From IMG/VR virus record IMGVR_UViG_3300008339_000030, positions 1-64,000 of that record: DNA of 64,000 nt; one strand, given 5' to 3'. The notes under the pieces are model-generated. The model did no database searches. It had not been told where the DNA came from and saw only the letters and a program-made list of their open reading frames with translations. This DNA comes from an uncultured virus (IMG/VR IMGVR_UViG_3300008339_000030). Taxonomy: Duplodnaviria > Heunggongvirae > Uroviricota > Caudoviricetes. How positions within the stretch are numbered: the first letter of the stretch is position 1; every line of letters starts with the position of its first letter. A program made the position numbers and the translations under genes. Below are positions 18,235-27,273 of the stretch, in pieces.

Positions 18235-18265
18235 ATAGGTAAACGTTCTTCACGGGATTATTTAG

Positions 18266-19387
18266 ATGGCGCAAATTCCATTAGCACCAAACAGAAACAG
18301 AGATGCCACACAGGATTCAAGTGTCCGCCAACAGCGCATCCCAGAAGGATACCGCGAGGCGTTAACACAAGGTGCCATTCGTCAGAATGAGTCACGAAAC
18401 ACATTTCGTTCAACCCAACAACTTCGATATCCCAAAGAAACCGGATTGTTAGCAGAACAACCCCATTGGTTGAAAATTCTTATTCGCGTGCGTGAACAAA
18501 ATAGCCAAGCCACTGGAGGCAATGTTGTGGGTGGCACATATACAGAAACAAGTGCTCGTAGAGTTAGTGGTGAAAATGCTACAGCAATAGCAGCAACTGT
18601 GGGAGCGGCATCGGGAGCCTCACGCCCTACAGGGGGATTAATCGGAAAAATCCCATTACTAAATTTTGCAACTAAGGCGGTGAAGGGTGTGACGGGCGCA
18701 GCAGCAGGTGCCTTGGCAACCGCCGCATCAGGTAGTAACAAATCAACAACATTATCAACATCAATATGTTTAGGCTTACAAGAACCCCCAAAAGCTGATT
18801 ATTCTGTGGAATGGGAAGAACAAGCATTGGGTTCTGTGTTGAGTGGGGGTAGTCAAGGATTGTTTAATACGGCAAAAGGTTTGGCGGGTGAAACATTACG
18901 TAGACAGATTAATCCGGGTAAGATAGGTGAAATTGCAGGCGTTGACCAAGCGGCAGCAACTGCTGCTGTAGATAAATCGTTAGGAAAAATTCGTAATCCT
19001 TATCGTGAACAAATTTTCAAACAAGTGAATTTTCGAGAATTCACCTTTGAGTATACATTCTTACCTGAAAGTGTGCAAGAAGCAGAACAGGTTTTAGCAA
19101 TATTAAAAGTTCTTCGTCAAAACATGTTACCCGAAGTTGCACAAAATAGTTTCTATATGATATATCCTGCAGAATTCTCATTGTATTACATGTACAAAGA
19201 AAACATCAATCCCCATGTGCACCAATTCAGTGATTGTGTACTCACTTCAATGTCAGTGAAATATGGTGGTCAAGATTTCGTGACGTTTAAAGGGACGCCA
19301 GGATTGCCCGCTGAAGTTACCATGACATTGAAGTTTAAGGAAATTGTTCCCATCACAGGTGATAGAGTTTACGGAGAAAATCTATAA
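18266..19387 (+). CDS. Baseplate tail tube cap (gp48-like)
   Basis: LRYP, NPYREQIF..VNFREFTF, YPAEF, CVLT.MSV.Y and L.FKE motifs. Confidence 0.85.
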   Translation: MAQIPLAPNRNRDATQDSSVRQQRIPEGYREALTQGAIRQNESRNTFRSTQQLRYPKETGLLAEQPHWLKILIRVREQNSQATGGNVVGGTYTETSARRVSGENATAIAATVGAASGASRPTGGLIGKIPLLNFATKAVKGVTGAAAGALATAASGSNKSTTLSTSICLGLQEPPKADYSVEWEEQALGSVLSGGSQGLFNTAKGLAGETLRRQINPGKIGEIAGVDQAAATAAVDKSLGKIRNPYREQIFKQVNFREFTFEYTFLPESVQEAEQVLAILKVLRQNMLPEVAQNSFYMIYPAEFSLYYMYKENINPHVHQFSDCVLTSMSVKYGGQDFVTFKGTPGLPAEVTMTLKFKEIVPITGDRVYGENL

Positions 19388-20136
19388 TGCTACGAGGACT
19401 GCCACAAATTGTTGTACCAGTTTCAACATTTACTGGAACTGATACACAACTATCCGGTGTGATTACCATCACGGAAAAGCAGATTACAGGAGTCAATACA
19501 AAGTTCATTGAAGAAATTGTAATTGGTGCTGAGTTATATGTTAATGATGTTATGGTGGGCATCATCTCTCGCATTGAATCAGATGTGTTATGTTTTCTAG
19601 AAGAACCTGCATCTGATACATATACAGGTGTTGCAACAATTCGAAATTTTCAAGTAAGTGATACAGGACGTCCAATTACAATATCAGACATCTTGTATCG
19701 CATTGCAATCAATAAAGACTTTTCACGCAAAGCATCTTTTTTGATGCCCTATACTGTAGTTGAAGGTGATACACCTGAAATTGTTTCCTTTAAGTTTTAT
19801 GGGACACCATTATATCATTGGGTAATCCTAATCATCAATGACATTGTGAATCCCCGCGAAGAATGGCCCTTGTCAGAAAAACAACTACTAGAAAAAATTG
19901 CACTACAGTATCCTGATGATTTACCATCCGATGTGTATGAGTGGAGAGAAATAAATTATGGATACGTTGTAGATTATAACGCAGGATTGGCGGCGCAACA
20001 ACAAATATATTCTGTTTCAATCTATGATTATGAAACAGAAAAAAATGAAGCAAAGCGTACCATTAAGGTACTAGACCCCAATTTCATTACTGATTTCATT
20101 ACAGCATATTCACGAGCATATACTGATATAACATAA
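19387..20136 (+). CDS. Baseplate wedge subunit (gp53-like) with N-terminal insertion
   Basis: GDTPEIVS..FYG...HWVIL..N, EWPL and YE..KNE.KR.I motifs. Confidence 0.85.
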   Translation: MLRGLPQIVVPVSTFTGTDTQLSGVITITEKQITGVNTKFIEEIVIGAELYVNDVMVGIISRIESDVLCFLEEPASDTYTGVATIRNFQVSDTGRPITISDILYRIAINKDFSRKASFLMPYTVVEGDTPEIVSFKFYGTPLYHWVILIINDIVNPREEWPLSEKQLLEKIALQYPDDLPSDVYEWREINYGYVVDYNAGLAAQQQIYSVSIYDYETEKNEAKRTIKVLDPNFITDFITAYSRAYTDIT

Positions 20137-20138
20137 TT

Positions 20139-21551
20139 ATGGCAAATCCTATAGATGCCCCAGCGTTAAATCCTGGGTCTGTTAACATTAAAGAGGTCAC
20201 ATTGTTCAAGGCGGGACAGGAATATCCATTAAAGGATTTCATTGTTGAACTATCTGTGTTTGAAGATATGTTTTCCAATACCATGTCAGCTACAATGATT
20301 TTATCTGACGGATTAAATTTGGTGGGATCACTTCCTATTACAGGCGGTGAGATTATTAATATTTCATATACTGTACCAGGATTTGAAGATTCACAAATTT
20401 TTGGTCGTGCCTTTTATGTGTTTGCTGTTCGTGATAGATTTCCCTCAAGCACAGACCGTCAACAAATGTACATGTTATCTCTCATGTCATTGGAAGCAGC
20501 TGTAGATTCTGTTACTGTTGTTTCAAAAAAATATACAGGTAAACCTAGTGAAATTGCAAAACAGATATTTGATGAATATCTTTCAATGCCTCGTTTTTGG
20601 AGCAAAGAGTACGATATGCCTGCTGGATTAAGTGACGAAGAAACATTGACACGTCCTGCATGGAAAAAATCAGTACCGCAGCAAAATAGAACATCATTAC
20701 AATTGATGCCAAACTCAGAGTCTAAAAATAAAGTTACCTGGGTTGTACCCATGTGGAGTCCAATGAAGTGTATCAATTGGTTGGCAAATCGTCATCTCGA
20801 TGAAGGTAGTAAAGCAGCCAACACCTTGGCATGGGAATCATCACAACAATTTTATTTTGCGACTGTTGATAGCATATTCAAAGCTCAAGAAAATGTGAAT
20901 GAGCGCAAGGTGTATTATTACGGATTTGATGATGCCATGATTGAACGTATTACAAAAAATAATTCTACAAAAAATACGTTGATAGAAGGATACAAGAAGG
21001 TGGAAAATGTTGCCATACCCACAAACTATGACATTCTTCGTAGTCAAGAAATGGGACATTATTCATCAACAATGCACGTGTTCGATGTGGTCACTAAAAA
21101 GTATGATGAATATGTGTTTGATTACATCAACAACTATTCACAGTTTGAACACTTACATGGCAAAACAAATCCCACGTTTCCGTCACAACAACTACGAAAT
21201 GTTCATTCATATGTAACATTCCGTCCTAAGCATAAGAAAATTTTCAATGATTTTGAAGACCCAAAATTTGAAGATTGGGTTCTACAGAGAACAAGTTTAC
21301 TATACGATATTAGTAATTTGAAAATTGAAATCACAGTTCCTGGTTTGGCAGGAACACAGGCAGGTGAAGTTGTACAATTCTATTATCCAAAAATGGCAGC
21401 AAAGGGTAGTGATGAAAATGTTGAGAATTTGATTGATAGATATCTATCAGGAAGTTATCTGGTGACTGCTGTACGTCATATTATTGCGCGAGATAAGTAT
21501 ACAATGAAATTGGAAATGGTAAAAGAATCACTTGCTTCAGGATTAGGATAA
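20139..21551 (+). CDS. Baseplate hub protein (gp27-like)
   Basis: Lies between gp53 and gp5; FEDMF...LPITGGE and SGSYLVTAVRH motifs. Confidence 0.65.
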   Translation: MANPIDAPALNPGSVNIKEVTLFKAGQEYPLKDFIVELSVFEDMFSNTMSATMILSDGLNLVGSLPITGGEIINISYTVPGFEDSQIFGRAFYVFAVRDRFPSSTDRQQMYMLSLMSLEAAVDSVTVVSKKYTGKPSEIAKQIFDEYLSMPRFWSKEYDMPAGLSDEETLTRPAWKKSVPQQNRTSLQLMPNSESKNKVTWVVPMWSPMKCINWLANRHLDEGSKAANTLAWESSQQFYFATVDSIFKAQENVNERKVYYYGFDDAMIERITKNNSTKNTLIEGYKKVENVAIPTNYDILRSQEMGHYSSTMHVFDVVTKKYDEYVFDYINNYSQFEHLHGKTNPTFPSQQLRNVHSYVTFRPKHKKIFNDFEDPKFEDWVLQRTSLLYDISNLKIEITVPGLAGTQAGEVVQFYYPKMAAKGSDENVENLIDRYLSGSYLVTAVRHIIARDKYTMKLEMVKESLASGLG

Positions 21552-22036
21552 TGCATACAAATGTATATAATAATGGGGGCTTCTATTGGTTCATGGGTGT
21601 TGTGGAAGATAGACAAGACCCTGAGGCACTAGGAAGATGTCGTGTTCGTATTGTGGGATATCATAATCCCGACAAAACTATTTTGCCTACTGAAGATTTA
21701 CCGTGGGCAATACCTCTTATGCCCATGACATCAGCTTCTATTTCAGGAACAGGACATGCACCTGTGGGTCCTGTAGAAGGAACATGGGTAATGGGATTTT
21801 TCCTTGACGGTGATGAATGTCAGTTGCCTGTCATGTTAGGCACATTCCCGGGACGTGCTGAGCCGGTCAACTTGGTAACATTACTACAAAAACTTGCCGA
21901 AGCATTATCAAAAACTCTTACATTACCTACAACTGGGTTGTCCAGTTTGGCAATTCCTACTGTGAATGTATTGGCCACCAATGAGACTCAACGAAATGAT
22001 GCCTTAAATAACAGCGTTACGGTACAAGAATCATGA
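21551..22036 (+). CDS. gp5 N-terminal OB-fold domain encoded as a separate gene
   Basis: WFMGVVEDRQDP..LGRCRVR, DLPWA and GTWVMGFFLDG motifs. Confidence 0.9.
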   Translation: MHTNVYNNGGFYWFMGVVEDRQDPEALGRCRVRIVGYHNPDKTILPTEDLPWAIPLMPMTSASISGTGHAPVGPVEGTWVMGFFLDGDECQLPVMLGTFPGRAEPVNLVTLLQKLAEALSKTLTLPTTGLSSLAIPTVNVLATNETQRNDALNNSVTVQES

Positions 22037-24993
22037 TAGATAGACGTTTAATTATCAATGAAATACAACGACAGTTTCCGAAAGATAATGATAATAGTAT
22101 TGAATCATTATTGCGTATTTCACCCACCTTACGTGGATTAATTGAATCAGAAGAAGGCGCCGAAACTTTCACAACAACATTTGGGACATTTTCTCTCCCC
22201 CAATTTCTAACTCCTTCCATTATTAATCAGATTGTTCGTGAAATTGCGGAAGCACGAAATGTTGATGGCACCTCAATTAACAGTGTTAATGCATTGTCAG
22301 CGTTAACTGAAGTTTTGCAGATTGCTCAATCTCAAAATCCATTCACAGTAACACCTGATGACATTTACGCTGCGTCACAATATGAAAATTATGAAGATAT
22401 CCCATTACAAGAAAATACATTATTAACGACATTTGATGGTGATGTATTCATTGACCCAACAACAGGAGCATTGGCATTAGCACCCACTCCTAATTCTCGT
22501 ATTCTTGCACCAGAAAAAAGTCCCGAAGGACACATTGGACCATTAACTCCTGAAGATGTTGAAATTTTTGCTTTGTTGCTCGAAGATGAAATTCGTCAAG
22601 AACGTGTGGCACAAGGATCACCTCATGGGTTAGATGTCATTGATGAAAATGAAAAAATGGGTTTATATGGATTGACGGTTCCTGATTTAGTCTCAATTGG
22701 TGTCGTAAGTCAAGGAGCCATTGATGATTGGAACTCCATCCCTGAAAATGCACGTGAAGATTATGCCAAACAAGCTGTATTGGCAGGCGTCATCTCATTG
22801 GCATTTTACAATAACATCCCATATATTCTACGAACATCATTAAGTTGGTATGTCATGGCGAATGCTCGCTTTTGGCTTGAAAGACTTATTGGTCCTAAAA
22901 ACTTCATGACGTTACAAAGAATACAGCGTTTGTTAATGTATCGTCATGTATTGCGTCAGTGGAAAACAACGTTTGCATATTTTGTTAAAAATCTCATCAC
23001 ACGCAAATCACAGATATTAGGACATTTATTGGCGGCACGATTAGTGGGTGAACGTGCTGCACGTGCATTTGGATTAGGTGGGCAATTCGCCTCGGTGATT
23101 GGAAGAACAGCGGAAGAAATTTATAATCGAGGTGTGAAGGCAGTAGAAAGTGGTATACGAAATCCTACGTCAGCAGCTCAAATTGACCAAGCGGCTCGTA
23201 CAGTACCAACACCACCCACACCTCGTCCAACAACATCTCGCAAATATAGATTCTTCCCTAACATCCTGCAGCAAAACACGAATGAACCTTTACGCCGAGT
23301 CCCAGATAATCAAGGATTCTATGACCCCAATCGTGTATATCCGCGTGTCACACATATAGGTGAACCTGATACAAATCGGTTGGCACGTAATCATAAAATT
23401 AAGGACACGATTGTACAAACAAAGGATGAAGAACGCATACTTGATGTTCCTGTTGCACGAAAATCATCTCCCACCAAATGGAGTCAACCCAAGTCCCCAT
23501 ATAACACAAAATATCCTTACAACCATGTGTATGAGTCTGAATCTGGACACGTAATTGAATATGATGACACACCAAACAATGAACGTATGCATTGGTATCA
23601 CCGTGAAGGCACCTTCATGGAAATTGATAGAAATGGTACTATGGTGCGTAAAATTGTGGGTGATGGTTATGAAATATGGGAACGAGATGGGTATGTATAC
23701 ATTGGGGGCAAGTGCAATGTAACCGTAGAAGGTAATTGTAATCTGTATGTGAAGAACAATGTGAATCTTCAAGTTGACGGAAATCTTACTGCCGATGTTC
23801 ACAAGACAGTGACTTTCAATGTTGCCAAAGATTTCAATGTTACAGCAGGCGGCACAATTAATTTGAAGGCCAAGAAAAATGTCAACGTGGAGTCAGGTGC
23901 CACTATTAATGCCAAGGCGAAAAACAACTTTAATGCGTCAGGCAAAAATGTCAACATCCAAGCTCAGGCAGTAATGAAACTGTCAGGTAAGTTGAAGGCT
24001 TCATTGGCAGCACCACAGGGACAAGCATTATTACTATCAGGTGCGGGTACGGTTGTTGTGAACGGTACAGGATTGGCATTGCTACCATTGCCAGGTGCCG
24101 CTGCGGCAACTTTGGCTAAATCGAATGAAGCATCTACCGCAGGATCTGCTGATATTGGTGATCCTCCAGGTGAACGTAATCCCCGCGAGCCTCAACTTGT
24201 ACCTTTGACATTGGAAGATAGAGTTGATGAGTGGGCGTCATCATTGTCTACATTGGCGGAAAATCCTGAAGATAATCGGGACGCCATTAATGCCTTGAAG
24301 AAGAAAGGCGTTGATGAAGGATTAGTCACAAATGAAGATTTGAATCGCCCATTGGCAGAAGGAACAAGAGATGAAACACCACCTCCGGCAGCGAGACCGG
24401 CGGCAGTTGCCTCATGTCAGCTCATCTATTCACAATCTTCATTCCCAAGTTCATATAGTTTAACTCCGAATGTTACATTAGGATCCCTGCCCGGATATAA
24501 TGTACTTCGCGGACAATATGGATTAACTGTACAGGACATGGTGTGTAATTTACGTCAATTGGCAGTAAATGTCATAGAACCCATGTTTGAATTAGTTGGG
24601 AAGGGTAACATCATCATCACCTCGGTGTTTAGAACTCCTGAATCTGTAACTGGATCCTTGAATCCACCCCGAGGCGTATCATTCCATCAACAAGGTCTGG
24701 GTATTGATGTATGCTTCCATAGAAAAAACTTCTCAGAATACTATAACATTGCTGTCCAATTGAAAAACTCCATTCAGTACGATAAACTACTTCTTGAATA
24801 TCGTTTAGGAAATGTTCGTGGGGTGTCATCATATAAACCTTGGATTCACATACAATGGCAACAACAGGGTATTAATTTAGCGAATGGGAACAAGGGAGGA
24901 CAGGCTAGATTACAAGCATTTACTCTCAAAAATGATAGAACATATTCTCAGACACTTGTTAACCTATTACCAGACTCCACATTAAGATATTAA
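22033..24993 (+). CDS. gp5 C-terminal part (spike beta-helix) with a C-terminal peptidase M15-like domain
   Basis: YPYNHVYESESGHVIEYDDTP and VxGN repeats; ITSVFR...H..G...D...WIH Zn-peptidase motif. Confidence 0.85.
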   Translation: MIDRRLIINEIQRQFPKDNDNSIESLLRISPTLRGLIESEEGAETFTTTFGTFSLPQFLTPSIINQIVREIAEARNVDGTSINSVNALSALTEVLQIAQSQNPFTVTPDDIYAASQYENYEDIPLQENTLLTTFDGDVFIDPTTGALALAPTPNSRILAPEKSPEGHIGPLTPEDVEIFALLLEDEIRQERVAQGSPHGLDVIDENEKMGLYGLTVPDLVSIGVVSQGAIDDWNSIPENAREDYAKQAVLAGVISLAFYNNIPYILRTSLSWYVMANARFWLERLIGPKNFMTLQRIQRLLMYRHVLRQWKTTFAYFVKNLITRKSQILGHLLAARLVGERAARAFGLGGQFASVIGRTAEEIYNRGVKAVESGIRNPTSAAQIDQAARTVPTPPTPRPTTSRKYRFFPNILQQNTNEPLRRVPDNQGFYDPNRVYPRVTHIGEPDTNRLARNHKIKDTIVQTKDEERILDVPVARKSSPTKWSQPKSPYNTKYPYNHVYESESGHVIEYDDTPNNERMHWYHREGTFMEIDRNGTMVRKIVGDGYEIWERDGYVYIGGKCNVTVEGNCNLYVKNNVNLQVDGNLTADVHKTVTFNVAKDFNVTAGGTINLKAKKNVNVESGATINAKAKNNFNASGKNVNIQAQAVMKLSGKLKASLAAPQGQALLLSGAGTVVVNGTGLALLPLPGAAAATLAKSNEASTAGSADIGDPPGERNPREPQLVPLTLEDRVDEWASSLSTLAENPEDNRDAINALKKKGVDEGLVTNEDLNRPLAEGTRDETPPPAARPAAVASCQLIYSQSSFPSSYSLTPNVTLGSLPGYNVLRGQYGLTVQDMVCNLRQLAVNVIEPMFELVGKGNIIITSVFRTPESVTGSLNPPRGVSFHQQGLGIDVCFHRKNFSEYYNIAVQLKNSIQYDKLLLEYRLGNVRGVSSYKPWIHIQWQQQGINLANGNKGGQARLQAFTLKNDRTYSQTLVNLLPDSTLRY

Positions 24994-24999
24994 ATTTAA

Positions 25000-25007
25000 T
25001 ATAAATA
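25000..25007 (+). promoter_or_regulatory. T4-type late promoter
   Basis: TATAAATA 5 bp before the gp25 ATG. Confidence 0.65.
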
Positions 25008-25012
25008 ATGTC

Positions 25013-25402
25013 ATGACCATACCTAATAGAATTTACCAAGATTTAGACTTAACATTTAGCGTTACTGCAACAAAAGATGTTGCAAAACGTTTGGATGTTA
25101 ATGCTGTCAAACAATCCATAAAAAATCTCTTGTTTATTCGGAAGGGAGAAAAGTTATTTCGTCCTGAAATTGGTTCAGATTTGCAAAGAATTTTGTTTGA
25201 ACCTATGGATTTTTTAACTGTAGACTTACTTCGTGACGTTATTAGTGAAACGATACAGAAATTTGAACCGCGTGTTCGCATAGAAAATATTGAGATTATT
25301 CCTGACTATGACACCAATTCATATGATTTAACATTGTATTTTTATGTGATTGGCATCTACACACCTGTTACATTTAATCTAACCTTACAGAGACTTCGCT
25401 AA
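25013..25402 (+). CDS. Baseplate wedge subunit gp25
   Basis: AVKQSIKNL, GEKLFRPEIGS and FEPRV motifs. Confidence 0.93.
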   Translation: MTIPNRIYQDLDLTFSVTATKDVAKRLDVNAVKQSIKNLLFIRKGEKLFRPEIGSDLQRILFEPMDFLTVDLLRDVISETIQKFEPRVRIENIEIIPDYDTNSYDLTLYFYVIGIYTPVTFNLTLQRLR

Positions 25403-27273
25403 TGGCCGAACTAAGAGTCACGGAACTAGAATTTCAACAAATCAAAGAGAATTTAATTCGTTATTTAGGTGCATCTGAACAGTTCTCAGATTACAATTTC
25501 GAAGGTTCAGGTATCAGTAATTTATTGGATGTGTTGGCATATAACACACATTACAATGCCATATTGGCACATCTACAAGCTAATGAAATGTTTATTGATA
25601 CGGCTGTCAAGCGTTCATCTGTTGTATCTATTGCAAAAACACTAGGATACACACCCAGAAGTGTTATCTCCCCTAAGGCGAGAGTTAATGTCACAGTGGC
25701 AAGTGCTCAGGCAGGACCTTTATCACTACCTGCAAATACAAAATTTTCAGCATCAGTTGATGGACAAAGTTTTACATTCGTATCATTAGTTGAGCATATT
25801 GCAACAAAAGTTGCCGGATCATTCACATTTAGTAATGTTGATATTGTTGAAGGTGTTGTCATCTCACAACAACAAACAGTCACATCTGACATTGTGACAG
25901 GTCCCATCACTATTAAAAATAGTAACATTGATTTGTCCACATTGGCCGTCACTGTTCAAAATAGTCAAGCAGATTTAACAACAACAGCATGGAAACGTTC
26001 AGAAACCGTTATTGATATTACAAGTAGTGATACGGTGTATTGGGTGGAAGAAGGTCAAGATGGATATTATAAGTTGTTTTTTGGTGACAACATCATAGGT
26101 AAAAGTTTGACATCAGGAAACATTGTTAACATTCAATATGTGGCATCGTTGGGTGATAGTGCAAATGGTGCACAAACCTTCTCAATTCAAACAACACTAG
26201 GCGGCGGATCTCCAATCACAACGTTAGTGCATGCTGCTTCAGGTGGTTCTGACAGAGAAAACATTGATAGTATTCGTTTTAACGCACCTCGGTATAATGC
26301 CACACGCGGCAGAGCTGTTACTGTTGAAGATTACAAGTCATTAATTTTAGCAAACTTTGATAAAGCAAAATCTGTTGCCGTTTGGGGCGGTGAACAAAAT
26401 GTTCCTCCCATTTATGGCAAAGTATTCATGTCAATTGATCCTAAAGAAGATTACATCATCACTGAATCTGACAAAGACAACATCATTAACAGTGTAATTC
26501 GTCCTCGTAGTGTATTGTCATTACAGCATGAATTTGTTGATCCTACATATCTTCATGTTGGAATGGATGTGAAAGTTTCGTATAATCCTAAAATTACACC
26601 ATACACATCCAATCAAATTTCAAGTTTAGTGGCAGGGGAAATTCGTCGCTACTTTTCTAATGAATTGTCAACATTGGATAAGAAATTCTATTATGGTCAA
26701 TTGATTAATAGAATACAAACTTCACAGCGTTCCATCTTAGGAACATTGGTGGATTTACGCTTGCAACGTAGACTTGTTCCCATTTTAAATGTCCCTGAAT
26801 CATTGAATGTGTATTTCACAACAGCCATTGAACCCAACTCGTTTAAGAGTACAAATTTCAAGACCACAATTCAAGGTGTTCAATACACCGCCTATATTCA
26901 AGATTATCCAGATGAAACTCCGCCTTCACGTACAGGAACGGGCACGTTAAAACTTCTGGATGCATCAACCAATAGAATCATTGATAACAACTACGGTAAA
27001 ATTTACTATAGTGATTCAGGGTTATTTGTTATCAACCGTTTATTGGTTACACAATTAATTGCAGGCGCATTTGATGTCCGTTTTTCTGCGTTACCACAAG
27101 ATTTAAATAAAGATTTAGCACCCACCATTGTAAGAACTACTCCTATTGTGGAACGTGCTGTTTATCCCTATCCTTCACAAAACATTGTGGTTGTGTTAGA
27201 TGATAGTCAACAAAATAAAGCCCTAGGAACATTGTCTGGTTTAACCGTTACAGCACAACCATTTGAAGGATAA
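25402..27273 (+). CDS. Baseplate wedge subunit gp6
   Basis: DYNFEGS, LAYNTHY, LGYTPRS, FGD...G, RAVT..DY and WGGE motifs. Confidence 0.93.
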   Translation: MAELRVTELEFQQIKENLIRYLGASEQFSDYNFEGSGISNLLDVLAYNTHYNAILAHLQANEMFIDTAVKRSSVVSIAKTLGYTPRSVISPKARVNVTVASAQAGPLSLPANTKFSASVDGQSFTFVSLVEHIATKVAGSFTFSNVDIVEGVVISQQQTVTSDIVTGPITIKNSNIDLSTLAVTVQNSQADLTTTAWKRSETVIDITSSDTVYWVEEGQDGYYKLFFGDNIIGKSLTSGNIVNIQYVASLGDSANGAQTFSIQTTLGGGSPITTLVHAASGGSDRENIDSIRFNAPRYNATRGRAVTVEDYKSLILANFDKAKSVAVWGGEQNVPPIYGKVFMSIDPKEDYIITESDKDNIINSVIRPRSVLSLQHEFVDPTYLHVGMDVKVSYNPKITPYTSNQISSLVAGEIRRYFSNELSTLDKKFYYGQLINRIQTSQRSILGTLVDLRLQRRLVPILNVPESLNVYFTTAIEPNSFKSTNFKTTIQGVQYTAYIQDYPDETPPSRTGTGTLKLLDASTNRIIDNNYGKIYYSDSGLFVINRLLVTQLIAGAFDVRFSALPQDLNKDLAPTIVRTTPIVERAVYPYPSQNIVVVLDDSQQNKALGTLSGLTVTAQPFEG

